From the IMG/VR virus record IMGVR_UViG_3300028906_000005, positions 1-48,178 of that record: a stretch of DNA of 48,178 bases; one strand, 5' to 3'. A program made the position numbers and the translations under genes. The notes under the pieces are model-generated. The model did not search any database. It had not been told where the DNA came from and worked only from the letters and a program-made list of their open reading frames with translations. Source of the stretch: a virus (Duplodnaviria; Caudoviricetes). Positions 35,964-45,377 of this stretch are shown here, one piece after another (the stretch's first letter is position 1; every line of letters starts with the position of its first letter).

Positions 35964-36293
35964 ATGACATTACCAGCAATTTTCCCCATCGCCACAAAGA
36001 AGAAAGTCTCGATCTTGGAAGAGGTCGCGATTCTCGTTCGTGAGCATTGGGGCGACGAAAAAATGCGCCAATACCTTGAGGCTCTCAAGAACAAGGAAGC
36101 GGTGACAGGCAGCGTCGTTGGCGACAAGATCTTCGCTGCCGCCATGATCAAGGAAAAGGCGAAGAAATCTGGCTTCCAACTGGTTGCGGTCGCCAAAGAG
36201 GCCGAGGTGGCGCGCTGCATGCAGACAGTTCTGCGGCGCGTCCAACTCAGCCATCGTCAGCGTATCGAGGCGCTGAAGTTGGCGGCGGCTTAA
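35964..36293 (+). CDS. Hypothetical protein ending LAAA
   Basis: Strong AAGGAGGT RBS. Confidence 0.75.
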   Translation: MTLPAIFPIATKKKVSILEEVAILVREHWGDEKMRQYLEALKNKEAVTGSVVGDKIFAAAMIKEKAKKSGFQLVAVAKEAEVARCMQTVLRRVQLSHRQRIEALKLAAA

Positions 36294-36374
36294 ATCAACG
36301 GGCTGGACGCCTTCACGCCCAGCCCTACCGCCCACGGGACTTTCCCGTGGGCGCAAATCAGGGAGAACCGGAAT

Positions 36375-37394
36375 ATGCCTTCCGATGACAACGTCGTCAA
36401 GATATTTAGATCTGATCAAGTCGAACATCGTTCGTGGGTAGTCGATCCGCCTCCAGATACATTGGATGGTGCAGCTAAATATGCTCAAAATGCATTGAAA
36501 GATTTTGACAACCATTACGGTAAGGCAAACAATGCTTGTTGGGATGCGCAAGGGGCGATCATCAAATATGGCAATGCTCTGCTCAAAGTGCGTGCACTAG
36601 AAAAATCTGACAAGAAATTTGGACAATGGGTAAAAGAAAACAAACTCGATAGCGATGTATTTGAGTTGCAACAAGAGCGCACTGCGGCGATGCAAATCGC
36701 AAGGATCGCAACTTCTATGGATATAGGCAACTGTATCGATGGATATTTTATTGATGTCACTATCAATGGGCATCCTATTATGCTGAGTGAATGTGAGAGC
36801 GCACGGCCTAGTCACATTATGGCTTGGTATAACGAAATGCGTAGAAGGCACGCTGTTCTACCCACTGCGCCTGCAGTGGGTAGAAATCACAGGCCAAGCG
36901 CAATTAAAGATCGCGCCAAGGATATAGCTCGAGCCCACAAGACTCAACATGGTGTCTATCCCTCCCGCGGTCAGATTATGGAATTCGGCAAGATCGCTTC
37001 AGCTACAGCTGATCAAGCACTTGGCGAGGTTAAAGCCGAAGATGCGATAGAGCCTCAAGAATTACGGTTCACTAAGGCGCAAGATCATCAAGTCGAAGCG
37101 AGAATCAAGGTCGCAATCAAGGCGCTTGAAGCTGAATTCAACGAACGCGTTCGCAAGGCCGCTCAGAAGCTCTACGACGAAAACTTTCCAACGCTTCAAC
37201 GAGAGCAAAACGAAGCGTTCGAAGAAAAAATGTTCTACCAAAAAATGATTAACAACCACGAGCCTATTTTCACTAAAGCCGAATATTACGATATTCTTTT
37301 TTGTACCCACAACAAAGAAGTCTCAGAAGAGAGAAAACACAGGGCTTCCCTTGCGCTTATTGCTAAAAAGCTTCAATTGACGGGTGAGAAATAA
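36375..37394 (+). CDS. AT-rich hypothetical protein (DUF3102-like N-terminal region)
   Basis: GNALLKVR...KFGQWVKEN...ERTAAMQIA; coiled-coil C-terminus. Confidence 0.7.
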   Translation: MPSDDNVVKIFRSDQVEHRSWVVDPPPDTLDGAAKYAQNALKDFDNHYGKANNACWDAQGAIIKYGNALLKVRALEKSDKKFGQWVKENKLDSDVFELQQERTAAMQIARIATSMDIGNCIDGYFIDVTINGHPIMLSECESARPSHIMAWYNEMRRRHAVLPTAPAVGRNHRPSAIKDRAKDIARAHKTQHGVYPSRGQIMEFGKIASATADQALGEVKAEDAIEPQELRFTKAQDHQVEARIKVAIKALEAEFNERVRKAAQKLYDENFPTLQREQNEAFEEKMFYQKMINNHEPIFTKAEYYDILFCTHNKEVSEERKHRASLALIAKKLQLTGEK

Positions 37395-37562
37395 AACTCC
37401 CCCTCGCGGGAAATGCCAGTAACGCGCGAAGGGGAGGCGGCTTCGGAACAGGCGATCCAGAAGCCCTCCTTGATGTAGCTAAGCTATTCCGATTTGTCCA
37501 CATCCGGTGTTTGACAGGACCATGTTTCGGGCCGAAATCTCGACCCGATTCAGAGACCCCAA

Positions 37563-40058
37563 ATGCCATGGCAAGCTACTCAAACACAACGTTTTTTGAC
37601 GGTCGACTTCATCACCAAAAGACGCTTGAGCGCCCCGGCGATCTGGCTCAATCCGCAATCCGCGACCCCCAATCCGGCTGACGCGATCCAGGAGCCCACC
37701 GGGCTCGGCACCGACCTTTCCGAATGGATGCGCCAAGAGGACGAGCGCAACCTGGCGATTCGCCTGGTCGACGGTTTCGTCGAACTCCGGATCCAGGCGC
37801 CAGACGAGATCTGGCTCGGTTTCCTGTTCAAGGCCTTTCGCGCCCTCCACGTCGACGCCCGCGCCGCCTTCGGCAGTCCTCAGATCTCATCCATCCTCAT
37901 CAAGATCGCCGATCCGGAGAAGATCGACCGCTGGCGCGACCTCTGGCCGCGCGGCAGTAAAGACAAAGCAGGCGCGTGGGTCGCGACTGAATTCGCTTAT
38001 TCGGCCATGCCGACCCCGCGCTCGAAGGCGATCTGGATCGATTCTAAGCCCCTGCCAGGCTCGATCTTCGCTCAGCGGTTGGTGGTCTGGCGGCCATGGG
38101 GCAAGCCCGCCGCTGACGACCCGGAGCTCGGCCTCGAGGATCTCGAAGGCCGCCTGCTCGCCGCAACAAAGATGGAAGTAATCTGTCGCGCCATCGCCTT
38201 CGCCACTTTGGCTTATTGGATTGTAAATTATCAAGATGGTTTAGTAGACTGGGATGAGACCCTCACTCGCAACATCGGCGGCTGGATCGCCCGCCTCGTC
38301 CTCGAGGGCCAGGCGATCAACGCCCAGGGCAAGAGCCTCGAGGGCGTATGTTGGTCGCCCATCGATTCCTCTGATACGGTCAGCGAGTTACTGACCTTTC
38401 TAGAGACTCTCGGCGCCAAGAAGAACCTTGGCGTCGCCTTTCTCCATGCCGAGGCGGCGCTTGAGCGCAACCCAACCGCGCCCATCCCCGGCTGGGGCGC
38501 CATCGAGACGCTCTTCGGGGCGCAGGCCAAGGTCGGCATCCGGCGGGCGTTCCGCGCCGGTCTCGACATCGACGAAGTCGAACGAATCAGCGAGCGTTAC
38601 GTGCTCGACGAATCCGAGCACATCTATCTCGATCGCGAATCGCTGCTCAAAGGCCTGATCTACGAGCACAAGCACGACGACCTGATTCGAGTCTACGACA
38701 CCAAGAGCGTGTTCGACGCCAGCGGCAAGCCGCACAATCCCTTCAAGCTCTACGCCCGCTCGTCCTTGCGCGTGGACGTCCAGTGGCGGGAGTTCTATCC
38801 GGGCCATGAGCCTGGCGCCATCCTGCGCCGATCGCCCGTCCACGGCCTCCTCAATGGCGAGGATCGCTATCCGGACGAATACCGACTGCTCAACACCTTT
38901 CCAGGGTTCTTCATCAAGCCAGTCGCCACCGTCGATTCGGCGATCATGGCCGCGGTCGACGCCATGCTCGCCACTATGCTCGGCCTCCTGACCCGCGACA
39001 ACTCCGATCAGATCCTATGGCTGAAGAAATGGATTGCCTGGATTGTCCAACATCCAGCCATCAAACAGCAAGTCTGCCCGATCCTGGTCGGCGGCCAAGG
39101 CATCGGCAAGAGCCGGTTTGGCATCTCCTTGATGAACGCGATCTTCGACCGCCTGGCCGGGCAGGCTGAACCCAGCGTGCTGACTGATAACAAGTTCTTG
39201 ATCACGCCGTTTCGCGAAAAACTGGTCACCTTTATCGATGAGGTGCGGCTCGAGTCGATCGGCTCGATCAACGCCATCAAGAGGTTGGTGCGCGAGGACA
39301 ATGTTTCGGGCCAGCTTAAATTCCAACATCAACGCGATTTTTACATTCCCAGCCGTTTGATCTTGGCCACCAACTCCCCCGACATCGGGCTCACTCCGCA
39401 AGACACCGCAGACCGTTGTTTTTACTTTATCGTGAGCTGGACGGCCGAGAACAAGCACCTGACCGACAATGAGTTTTTAGAGTGGACCCTGACTTTGAAA
39501 CCGTTCTATGATTCTGTCCTTGCCAACCTGCAGAACGTGATGTTTAAACGTCACCTCGTGCGCTATTTCATGGACATCGAAGTCAACCGCGCCGAGCTCG
39601 AGGATCTTCGCTATTCCTCACGCGACGACGAAAGCGTGGTGCGCTCGACCATGAGCAAGGCGCGCATCGTGGCGAGAGCCATCGTCGCCGACGCGCGGGT
39701 CGTTCAAGGACTGGATATCACCGCCAAATTCAACATTCATACCCTCCGCGACGCGATCAAGCGCAACGACGATGCGCGGACCAAGGTTGAGGCGGGCCAA
39801 GTCTTGATGGAGTTCGAACGCGCCGAGGTGATCGAAAGACAAGGCGCAACCTATTGGTTCAAATATGGCTACGGCAAACTGATCAAGAAGCTGGGCGAAG
39901 CCCACAACATGGAGATCATCCCCAACTGGCCGATCCAACCAGTGGGGATCGATTGGAGCGACAACGACGGACAAGGAACACCACAATGGCGGGGGAATAT
40001 GCAAGGCCAACAACGGCGAAGATCCTACGATCCCGACTATTTGGAGCCGGAGCCCTGA
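37563..40058 (+). CDS. Primase-helicase with SF3 (DUF5906/D5-like) ATPase
   Basis: LVGGQGIGKS Walker A, FIDE Walker B, LATN motif C, DRCF. Confidence 0.85.
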   Translation: MPWQATQTQRFLTVDFITKRRLSAPAIWLNPQSATPNPADAIQEPTGLGTDLSEWMRQEDERNLAIRLVDGFVELRIQAPDEIWLGFLFKAFRALHVDARAAFGSPQISSILIKIADPEKIDRWRDLWPRGSKDKAGAWVATEFAYSAMPTPRSKAIWIDSKPLPGSIFAQRLVVWRPWGKPAADDPELGLEDLEGRLLAATKMEVICRAIAFATLAYWIVNYQDGLVDWDETLTRNIGGWIARLVLEGQAINAQGKSLEGVCWSPIDSSDTVSELLTFLETLGAKKNLGVAFLHAEAALERNPTAPIPGWGAIETLFGAQAKVGIRRAFRAGLDIDEVERISERYVLDESEHIYLDRESLLKGLIYEHKHDDLIRVYDTKSVFDASGKPHNPFKLYARSSLRVDVQWREFYPGHEPGAILRRSPVHGLLNGEDRYPDEYRLLNTFPGFFIKPVATVDSAIMAAVDAMLATMLGLLTRDNSDQILWLKKWIAWIVQHPAIKQQVCPILVGGQGIGKSRFGISLMNAIFDRLAGQAEPSVLTDNKFLITPFREKLVTFIDEVRLESIGSINAIKRLVREDNVSGQLKFQHQRDFYIPSRLILATNSPDIGLTPQDTADRCFYFIVSWTAENKHLTDNEFLEWTLTLKPFYDSVLANLQNVMFKRHLVRYFMDIEVNRAELEDLRYSSRDDESVVRSTMSKARIVARAIVADARVVQGLDITAKFNIHTLRDAIKRNDDARTKVEAGQVLMEFERAEVIERQGATYWFKYGYGKLIKKLGEAHNMEIIPNWPIQPVGIDWSDNDGQGTPQWRGNMQGQQRRRSYDPDYLEPEP

Positions 40059-40333
40059 TCTTGCTGAGCGCCCCGGCCGAGGCTCACTGTTATCGGATCT
40101 GGCGCTATCCGAAACCACAACGCTGCTTCACCGCGCTCGCGCCAAGACACATTTCAGAAAAATTAGCAAGAGGCGAAGCCGGTTTCACGTCCGTGAAGGA
40201 AGCAGCTCCATTTCACGAACGAATCGAGATTTCTTTACCGCCGGTCGAATTCACACCTTGTCCAGACGGTGACGAGCGAATGCAGGGGATTGCGAAATTG
40301 CGCGCTTTGGAGGATGTTCCGGCGCAGCGATAG
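39986..40333 (+). CDS. Putative exported protein
   Basis: RSRLFGAGALILLSAPAEA signal-peptide-like; start uncertain. Confidence 0.5.
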   Translation: MAGEYARPTTAKILRSRLFGAGALILLSAPAEAHCYRIWRYPKPQRCFTALAPRHISEKLARGEAGFTSVKEAAPFHERIEISLPPVEFTPCPDGDERMQGIAKLRALEDVPAQR

Positions 40334-40343
40334 GAGGCCTTTC

Positions 40344-40709
40344 ATGGCAACCATCAAGCGAACGACCACCACAACTTACCGAGCTCCGCAGCGACCTGCG
40401 CCGCGACCCGAGCCAGAACCGGAATATGACCCGCCGTCGCGCCGCCCACTCCAAGGCCGATTGCCAGATTCGAATGAGCCTGGACAATTGCCCGAATACG
40501 CGCCCGACAACCAGTGGCCCGACGTGCCGGTCGATCCCGATTCCGAGCAATTGCCGGTCTCCGAGGTCGTGACGGTCGGCCAGGAGCAACTCGAGCGTTC
40601 GCGCGAAATGCAGGAGATGGGGATCCATAACTGGGTCGCCGCGCATGACGAGCGCGATCCCGATCAGCAACCCCAACAGGTCGCCGGGGTCGTGCCCCTG
40701 GAACGCTGA
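40344..40709 (+). CDS. Pro/acidic hypothetical protein
   Basis: AGGAGG RBS. Confidence 0.75.
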   Translation: MATIKRTTTTTYRAPQRPAPRPEPEPEYDPPSRRPLQGRLPDSNEPGQLPEYAPDNQWPDVPVDPDSEQLPVSEVVTVGQEQLERSREMQEMGIHNWVAAHDERDPDQQPQQVAGVVPLER

Positions 40710-41806
40710 TGGCGGTCTACACGCCTGACGACATCCAGAACGGGATCGGCTCCAACGGTTGGGATGTCGACGAGGCTGGCAACCTCGTTCCTAAACCGCC
40801 AGGCACAACCCTAAGCGGGGCGCCGTCTCAATTGTCGACGCCGCAGGGCGGCCAACTCATCACCACCCCGAATAGCTCAACCGGGCAACCGATTCGCCAA
40901 GCGCCAGGCGCATCGCAAGTTCCAGCGGCGCAGACCAATCGCCCTGGCTTCTTGACCCCGAATTCGCGCACCGGAGCGCCGGGATATCAAGTTCCGACTT
41001 TCAACCCCGCCACTATGCCCGGCCTACCGATTGGCGGCGGTCTCGCGACCGGCGTCGGCGCCCTCAACGCCTTTCCGACACCGACGCCCGAGCAGATGAC
41101 GAATACACTCAACAATCCGCCGTTGAAAGATGACCCCTGGCTTATCAATTCCCTTTCGAAGCTTTTTGGCGGCGGCCAAACTCAGGCCGCGCCAGCGACG
41201 CCAACCCCGGCGACAGCTCCCGTTACGGCTCCCGGATCCGGCGCCTTACCCCAAGCGCGAGGCGCGCCCCCGCCGCCGCCGAACGTCACTCTGCCGCCGT
41301 TCAACGTCCCGCCGCCGCCGAGCAATCTGCCGCCTTTCGCCCGCGGCCCGATCCCAGCCGCGATGCCGCAGAACGCGCCGCGCGCGCCGAAAGGCTACAA
41401 CCTCGGCTATGGCGGGGCTGTTGCAGCTGCGCCGCCCGCTCAGCCGTCGCCCTGGTTCACCGGCATCGATCGGCCCAACGCCGACATCGTCGGCGGCCCG
41501 ACCGTGCCGGGCCAACTCTCGGCTGCGCCGCGCGAGCCTGGGGGGCCTGCGCGCATGGGCGCGCTCGACCTTTCCGGTCTTTTCAACCATCCCGCAGTCG
41601 CCGCGGCCGCAGCCGCACATCCAGCCGTTCAAGGCGCGCTGGCGGCGCAAAATGCTCAAGCGCAGCAAGCGCCTCGCGCTCGAGCCCCGGTGGTTCAACA
41701 AAAGTGGGCGCTGCCGCAACTGAGACCAGGCGGAGCGGCGGACGCCAAGCCGACCTACTACAATCCGGCCTACGGCGTCGGCGCCAATGTCGGGATGGGG
41801 AACTAG
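40709..41806 (+). CDS. Pro/Ala/Gly-rich low-complexity protein (365 aa)
   Basis: TGATG coupling; long ORF. Confidence 0.75.
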   Translation: MAVYTPDDIQNGIGSNGWDVDEAGNLVPKPPGTTLSGAPSQLSTPQGGQLITTPNSSTGQPIRQAPGASQVPAAQTNRPGFLTPNSRTGAPGYQVPTFNPATMPGLPIGGGLATGVGALNAFPTPTPEQMTNTLNNPPLKDDPWLINSLSKLFGGGQTQAAPATPTPATAPVTAPGSGALPQARGAPPPPPNVTLPPFNVPPPPSNLPPFARGPIPAAMPQNAPRAPKGYNLGYGGAVAAAPPAQPSPWFTGIDRPNADIVGGPTVPGQLSAAPREPGGPARMGALDLSGLFNHPAVAAAAAAHPAVQGALAAQNAQAQQAPRARAPVVQQKWALPQLRPGGAADAKPTYYNPAYGVGANVGMGN

Positions 41807-41809
41807 CCG

Positions 41810-42373
41810 ATGAGCATGGATCGCGTCACCTTCGCTCATAAGCTCGACCTGCTGGTCGATCAGAATCCCTTCAGCCCAGCGACCGTCACCGCCGCCTTGA
41901 ATGCCGCTGTCACCGCGCTCGGCGGCGACACGACCACCTATGACGCGACGCTGCAGCGCGCCCCGGCAGGGTTGATTCCAGGTCAGCGGACCAACAGCAA
42001 ATTCACCAACGAGCTCGCGCTGCTCATCAATCGCGGCAAGGCTGGCAATCTGCACGTCGCCACGATGGCGAGTCTCCTCACCGCTGCGGCGCCGACGCAA
42101 CCCCCAACGAACACCGCGGCGCCGGTCGCTTCGATCACGGTCGGCACCGGCGTTGCGGGCGCAACGACCCTCGGCTGCTCGACCGGGACATGGACGGGTT
42201 CGCCGACCCTTACACGTCAATGGTTGCGCGGGGCTGCGACCATCGCGGGCGCGACCGGGGCGACCTATGTCACGGTCGGAGCCGACGCGGCGACCAACAT
42301 CTCCTGCCGGGTGGCTGGCACCAATGCTGGCGGCACGGTCGAAGTGACAAGCAATTCGATTGCGATCACCTAA
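41810..42373 (+). CDS. Protein with C-terminal Ig-like domain, possible capsid decoration
   Basis: PTNTAAP...CSTGTWTGSPT...QWLRG...IAGATGATY...ISCRV..TN. Confidence 0.7.
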   Translation: MSMDRVTFAHKLDLLVDQNPFSPATVTAALNAAVTALGGDTTTYDATLQRAPAGLIPGQRTNSKFTNELALLINRGKAGNLHVATMASLLTAAAPTQPPTNTAAPVASITVGTGVAGATTLGCSTGTWTGSPTLTRQWLRGAATIAGATGATYVTVGADAATNISCRVAGTNAGGTVEVTSNSIAIT

Positions 42374-42564
42374 TGCCCCACATCCTCGACGAAGCGGTCA
42401 AGCAACTAAAGAAGAAGGGCTGGGGCACGAGCTCGGCCTATGCGATCGGCACCTCGACGCTGCAGAAGAGCGGTTCCCTCAAAAAGGGCACCAACAAGCC
42501 CACGACCAAGGGGATCAAGCGCGGGGCCATGACGCGCGCTCAGCGACATAGGACCGCGCCATGA
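42373..42564 (+). CDS. Small basic protein (63 aa)
   Basis: MPHILDEAVKQLKKKG..SSAYAI; coupled. Confidence 0.7.
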   Translation: MPHILDEAVKQLKKKGWGTSSAYAIGTSTLQKSGSLKKGTNKPTTKGIKRGAMTRAQRHRTAP

Positions 42565-42797
42565 ACACTGGCGGTAAGTTGACCTTTGGCGAACGAGCGG
42601 TCGGGCTGACTTTCAATCCGAGTGGTGACGAGACCGTTCTGGCGTTGAAGCAAAAAGCGGCTGAGTTCATCGACGCCTGTCACGCTCTCCGCGAAGCGGC
42701 GACCGATCCCGAGGTCAAGCGCATGTATTCGGTCGCCATCACCGAGGCGCAAACGGCGCAGATGTGGGCGGTGAAGGCTGCGACCTGGCGCGGTTAA
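42561..42797 (+). CDS. Acb2/Tad1-like helical hairpin protein (candidate nucleotide sponge)
   Basis: FNPSG...KAAEFID...RMYSVAITEAQTAQMWAVKAAT. Confidence 0.55.
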   Translation: MNTGGKLTFGERAVGLTFNPSGDETVLALKQKAAEFIDACHALREAATDPEVKRMYSVAITEAQTAQMWAVKAATWRG

Positions 42798-43300
42798 AGT
42801 CGCCGCCCCGAAGGCAGGAACATGTCGTGCCGCGCCGGGACGCAATTGCACCACTCAAGCGTCTGGGCTTGCGAGCCAAGGGCGCCGACGCCGACCTGAT
42901 GCTCTAAGCTTTGCAGGCCGCCTTGAAAATAGTTTTGCTGCGCCAGGGCTTGATGCTGCTGCGTCTGCTGCGCGTTTATGTTCGCTTGCTGCGATTGCGC
43001 CATCGCCATCAATTGCTGCGCTTGATATTGCGCCTGCAGGCGCGAGCGCATTTCCTCCGTAGTAAAATCTGGACCCGCAGGCCGCTGCTGCTCCTCGCGC
43101 CCCTGGTATCGCTCGACCAACGCGCGCCAGCGATCGGCCTGGATGCGCGCTATTGTGAGATCCCGCTCGAAATTCGTCAGTTGGCGATTGAGATCGTCGA
43201 CCTTCGCTTGGAGACGGGTGATCTCGACGTCGACCGGCGATTCACGCAGCTTGGCGACGACGGCGCTGGTCATCAGAGCGAGCGTGGTCAGGACTGACAT
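42794..43300 (-). CDS. Coiled-coil Gln-rich protein with C-terminal CxCxPxRxD
   Basis: GGAGG RBS; lone reverse-strand gene; similar to 35184..35438. Confidence 0.75.
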   Translation of the reverse strand: MSVLTTLALMTSAVVAKLRESPVDVEITRLQAKVDDLNRQLTNFERDLTIARIQADRWRALVERYQGREEQQRPAGPDFTTEEMRSRLQAQYQAQQLMAMAQSQQANINAQQTQQHQALAQQNYFQGGLQSLEHQVGVGALGSQAQTLEWCNCVPARHDMFLPSGRRL

Positions 43301-43332
43301 GAAGGCCTCCGGTGGATTCAGTCTACATCGCT

Positions 43333-43369
43333 CTTGACAAGATCGTCAACCGCCCACATACCTGTCCTT
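43333..43369 (+). promoter_or_regulatory. Putative sigma70-type promoter
   Basis: CTTGACAA-N10-CGCCCA-N7-GTCCTT, shared with 31272..31307. Confidence 0.6.
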
Positions 43370-43412
43370 GTCCGTCCCCAAACCCAGTGGTCCGGTCAGA
43401 AGGAAATGAACG

Positions 43413-43901
43413 ATGCAATTCGATACGCTGACGTCGGCGACCTATGTCGCCAGGAACTTGGATAACCTCCTCGAGCGCGCCCAGCGCGACACCACCCAAG
43501 TGGTCGAGACCGGCAACATCCACGAAGTTGTCACCTACTTTTCCGAACTGAGAGCCACCGTCGATGGGCTGAAGGGCCAGATGGCTTCGGTGCAGAAGCA
43601 TCTCGATGCGCTTAGCCAGGAGCTCATCCCGACCTTGTTCAACAACCAAAACACCAAGACGATCAATGTGATCAACGTCGGCAAGGTGACCGTCAACGAC
43701 CGATGGTCGTGCTCGATCCTCAAGCCTGATCCCGCGTTTGACTTCGTCCGCAAAGACGGCAACGGCGCGCTGATCAAGCCCACCATCCATCCCATGACCA
43801 TGGGCGCTTACGCCAAAGAGAAACACGAGGCGGGCAAGCCGCTGCCGCAAGAGCTCTTTAAAGTCTCATCAACGCCTTACACCAGCATCACAAAGGCGTG
43901 A
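43413..43901 (+). CDS. Conserved replication-module protein
   Basis: Coiled coil, ELIPTLF, GALIKPTIHPMT; upstream of SSB-like gene. Confidence 0.7.
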   Translation: MQFDTLTSATYVARNLDNLLERAQRDTTQVVETGNIHEVVTYFSELRATVDGLKGQMASVQKHLDALSQELIPTLFNNQNTKTINVINVGKVTVNDRWSCSILKPDPAFDFVRKDGNGALIKPTIHPMTMGAYAKEKHEAGKPLPQELFKVSSTPYTSITKA

Positions 43902-43902
43902 G

Positions 43903-44835
43903 ATGAACTTCCAAAAGCCCCACTACCGTTCGAACGGAAAGGAATTCGTCATCGTGAGCAACGACGTCGTCACCCCCGACAGCGCAGCTGTGCCGGAATG
44001 GATGAGAAAGGCCTCGACCGGGGCCAAGATCGGCAACATCGACTCGAGCGACCTCAAGCCGCCGCAGTTAAAGATGCTCGCAGGCATGTCGCCCGAAGTC
44101 ATCAACGGCACTCCTGGCGCTTCGCCGGGGAACTTTTGGCTGACCATCTTTAATCTGCCCTTGGGCCATTCGGTCACCGGCACCTTCATCCTCTTGCGCA
44201 AGTCCTACCAGATCTGGGCCCCGAAGGGGGCTGGGATCTCGAATGAGCAGAAGGGGCCGCTCGCCTCGGCGACCAACGGCCTCTCCTGGGATCAACCGAA
44301 TCAGAGCTTCAAGATTCGGTTTCCTTTGAACCCCAAGGAATACACCTGGAAGATCGGCAAGCTGGTGACCGATTTCGGCGTCACCCAATGGGGCACGCAA
44401 CAGCCGGAAGACCCGCGCTCGAAGCCCATCGCGACCCTCACTTACAACACGCTCTGGGTGATCGACCTGCCGGATGGGCGCAAGCAATTGTGCGTCTTCA
44501 TCTCGAGCCGCACTGCGGTTAAGCCGATGCAGAACTTTCTTTCCGCCCTCGGCGCGCACGGCGTCGATCACTACTTCCAACGCTATCGGATCGTGCAGCA
44601 GAAGCTGACCGGCCCCACCGGCGACCCCTATTTCAGCTATGAATTCCAGTACATTGGCAACATCCAGAACCAGGCCGATGCGATCCAGATGCAGGCGCTC
44701 TACGAGCAGTATTCGAAGTCTGGCTTTGTCGTCGACGTCGATCAGGAGGCCGAGGAGATCCGCCAGAACAAGGCTCCGGACCCTGACCATATGGGCCCGA
44801 CGATGAACGATGACGATTCGGAAATCCCATTCTGA
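43903..44835 (+). CDS. Putative single-stranded DNA-binding protein
   Basis: Acidic tail DDDSEIPF; SDLKPPQLKML motif; start uncertain. Confidence 0.65.
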   Translation: MNFQKPHYRSNGKEFVIVSNDVVTPDSAAVPEWMRKASTGAKIGNIDSSDLKPPQLKMLAGMSPEVINGTPGASPGNFWLTIFNLPLGHSVTGTFILLRKSYQIWAPKGAGISNEQKGPLASATNGLSWDQPNQSFKIRFPLNPKEYTWKIGKLVTDFGVTQWGTQQPEDPRSKPIATLTYNTLWVIDLPDGRKQLCVFISSRTAVKPMQNFLSALGAHGVDHYFQRYRIVQQKLTGPTGDPYFSYEFQYIGNIQNQADAIQMQALYEQYSKSGFVVDVDQEAEEIRQNKAPDPDHMGPTMNDDDSEIPF

Positions 44836-44836
44836 T

Positions 44837-44928
44837 CCCCTGACGCCAACAGGGGTAGGAGGAGCTCGCCCGGACTGCCGCAACCTCCGTGGCGAGCTCC
44901 TCCGCTAACCAAGGTTTAAGAAATGCCA
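44837..44928 (+). promoter_or_regulatory. Two-hairpin element followed by GAAATGCCA
   Basis: CCCCTG/CAGGGG and GGAGGAGCTCGCC/GGCGAGCTCCTCC stems; same layout as 4490..4629. Confidence 0.55.
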
Positions 44929-45129
44929 GAGACCTCAATCCGCGAATACACGCTCGCTTATTCCATCGCCACCGGCGCGGTGCTCGAGTCGAGCATCGAT
45001 CATAGCTATCCTCACCTGCCGCAGCCGGAGCGTAAGGCGCTAGCCATTGAAATCCTCAACGCCATCGCTCATCGGCATGGCTATCGGCTCATACCGCTGA
45101 TCTCAATGCGAGAGGACGATGGTGAATGA
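44923..45129 (+). CDS. Hypothetical protein
   Basis: ORF coupled to the next gene. Confidence 0.6.
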   Translation: MPETSIREYTLAYSIATGAVLESSIDHSYPHLPQPERKALAIEILNAIAHRHGYRLIPLISMREDDGE

Positions 45130-45377
45130 GGCTCGTCCCCGTCGACAAGAACCGGAGCGCCGAGGTGCCGGAAACGTGGAAGGAGGCTCAAGACATGATC
45201 GATCATGCTCTCAGCCCTTACTACGACGAGCGCGGCCGCAACATCATGCGCCTGTCCATCGCCGCGCGCGTCGCGCACGGGATGTTCGGCGAGCGGTTCC
45301 TCGCCCCCGATCCGACCAAGGCGCTGCTTTATCTCCTGCAACGGATCTGCATTCGCAAGGGCGCTGGGCTTGAATGA
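45126..45377 (+). CDS. Hypothetical protein
   Basis: ATGA coupling. Confidence 0.65.
   Translation: MRLVPVDKNRSAEVPETWKEAQDMIDHALSPYYDERGRNIMRLSIAARVAHGMFGERFLAPDPTKALLYLLQRICIRKGAGLE

Noticed and set aside
37523-39312. 12-nt match ATGTTTCGGGCC upstream of and inside the primase-helicase gene
   Set aside because: A single short match that is plausible by chance.
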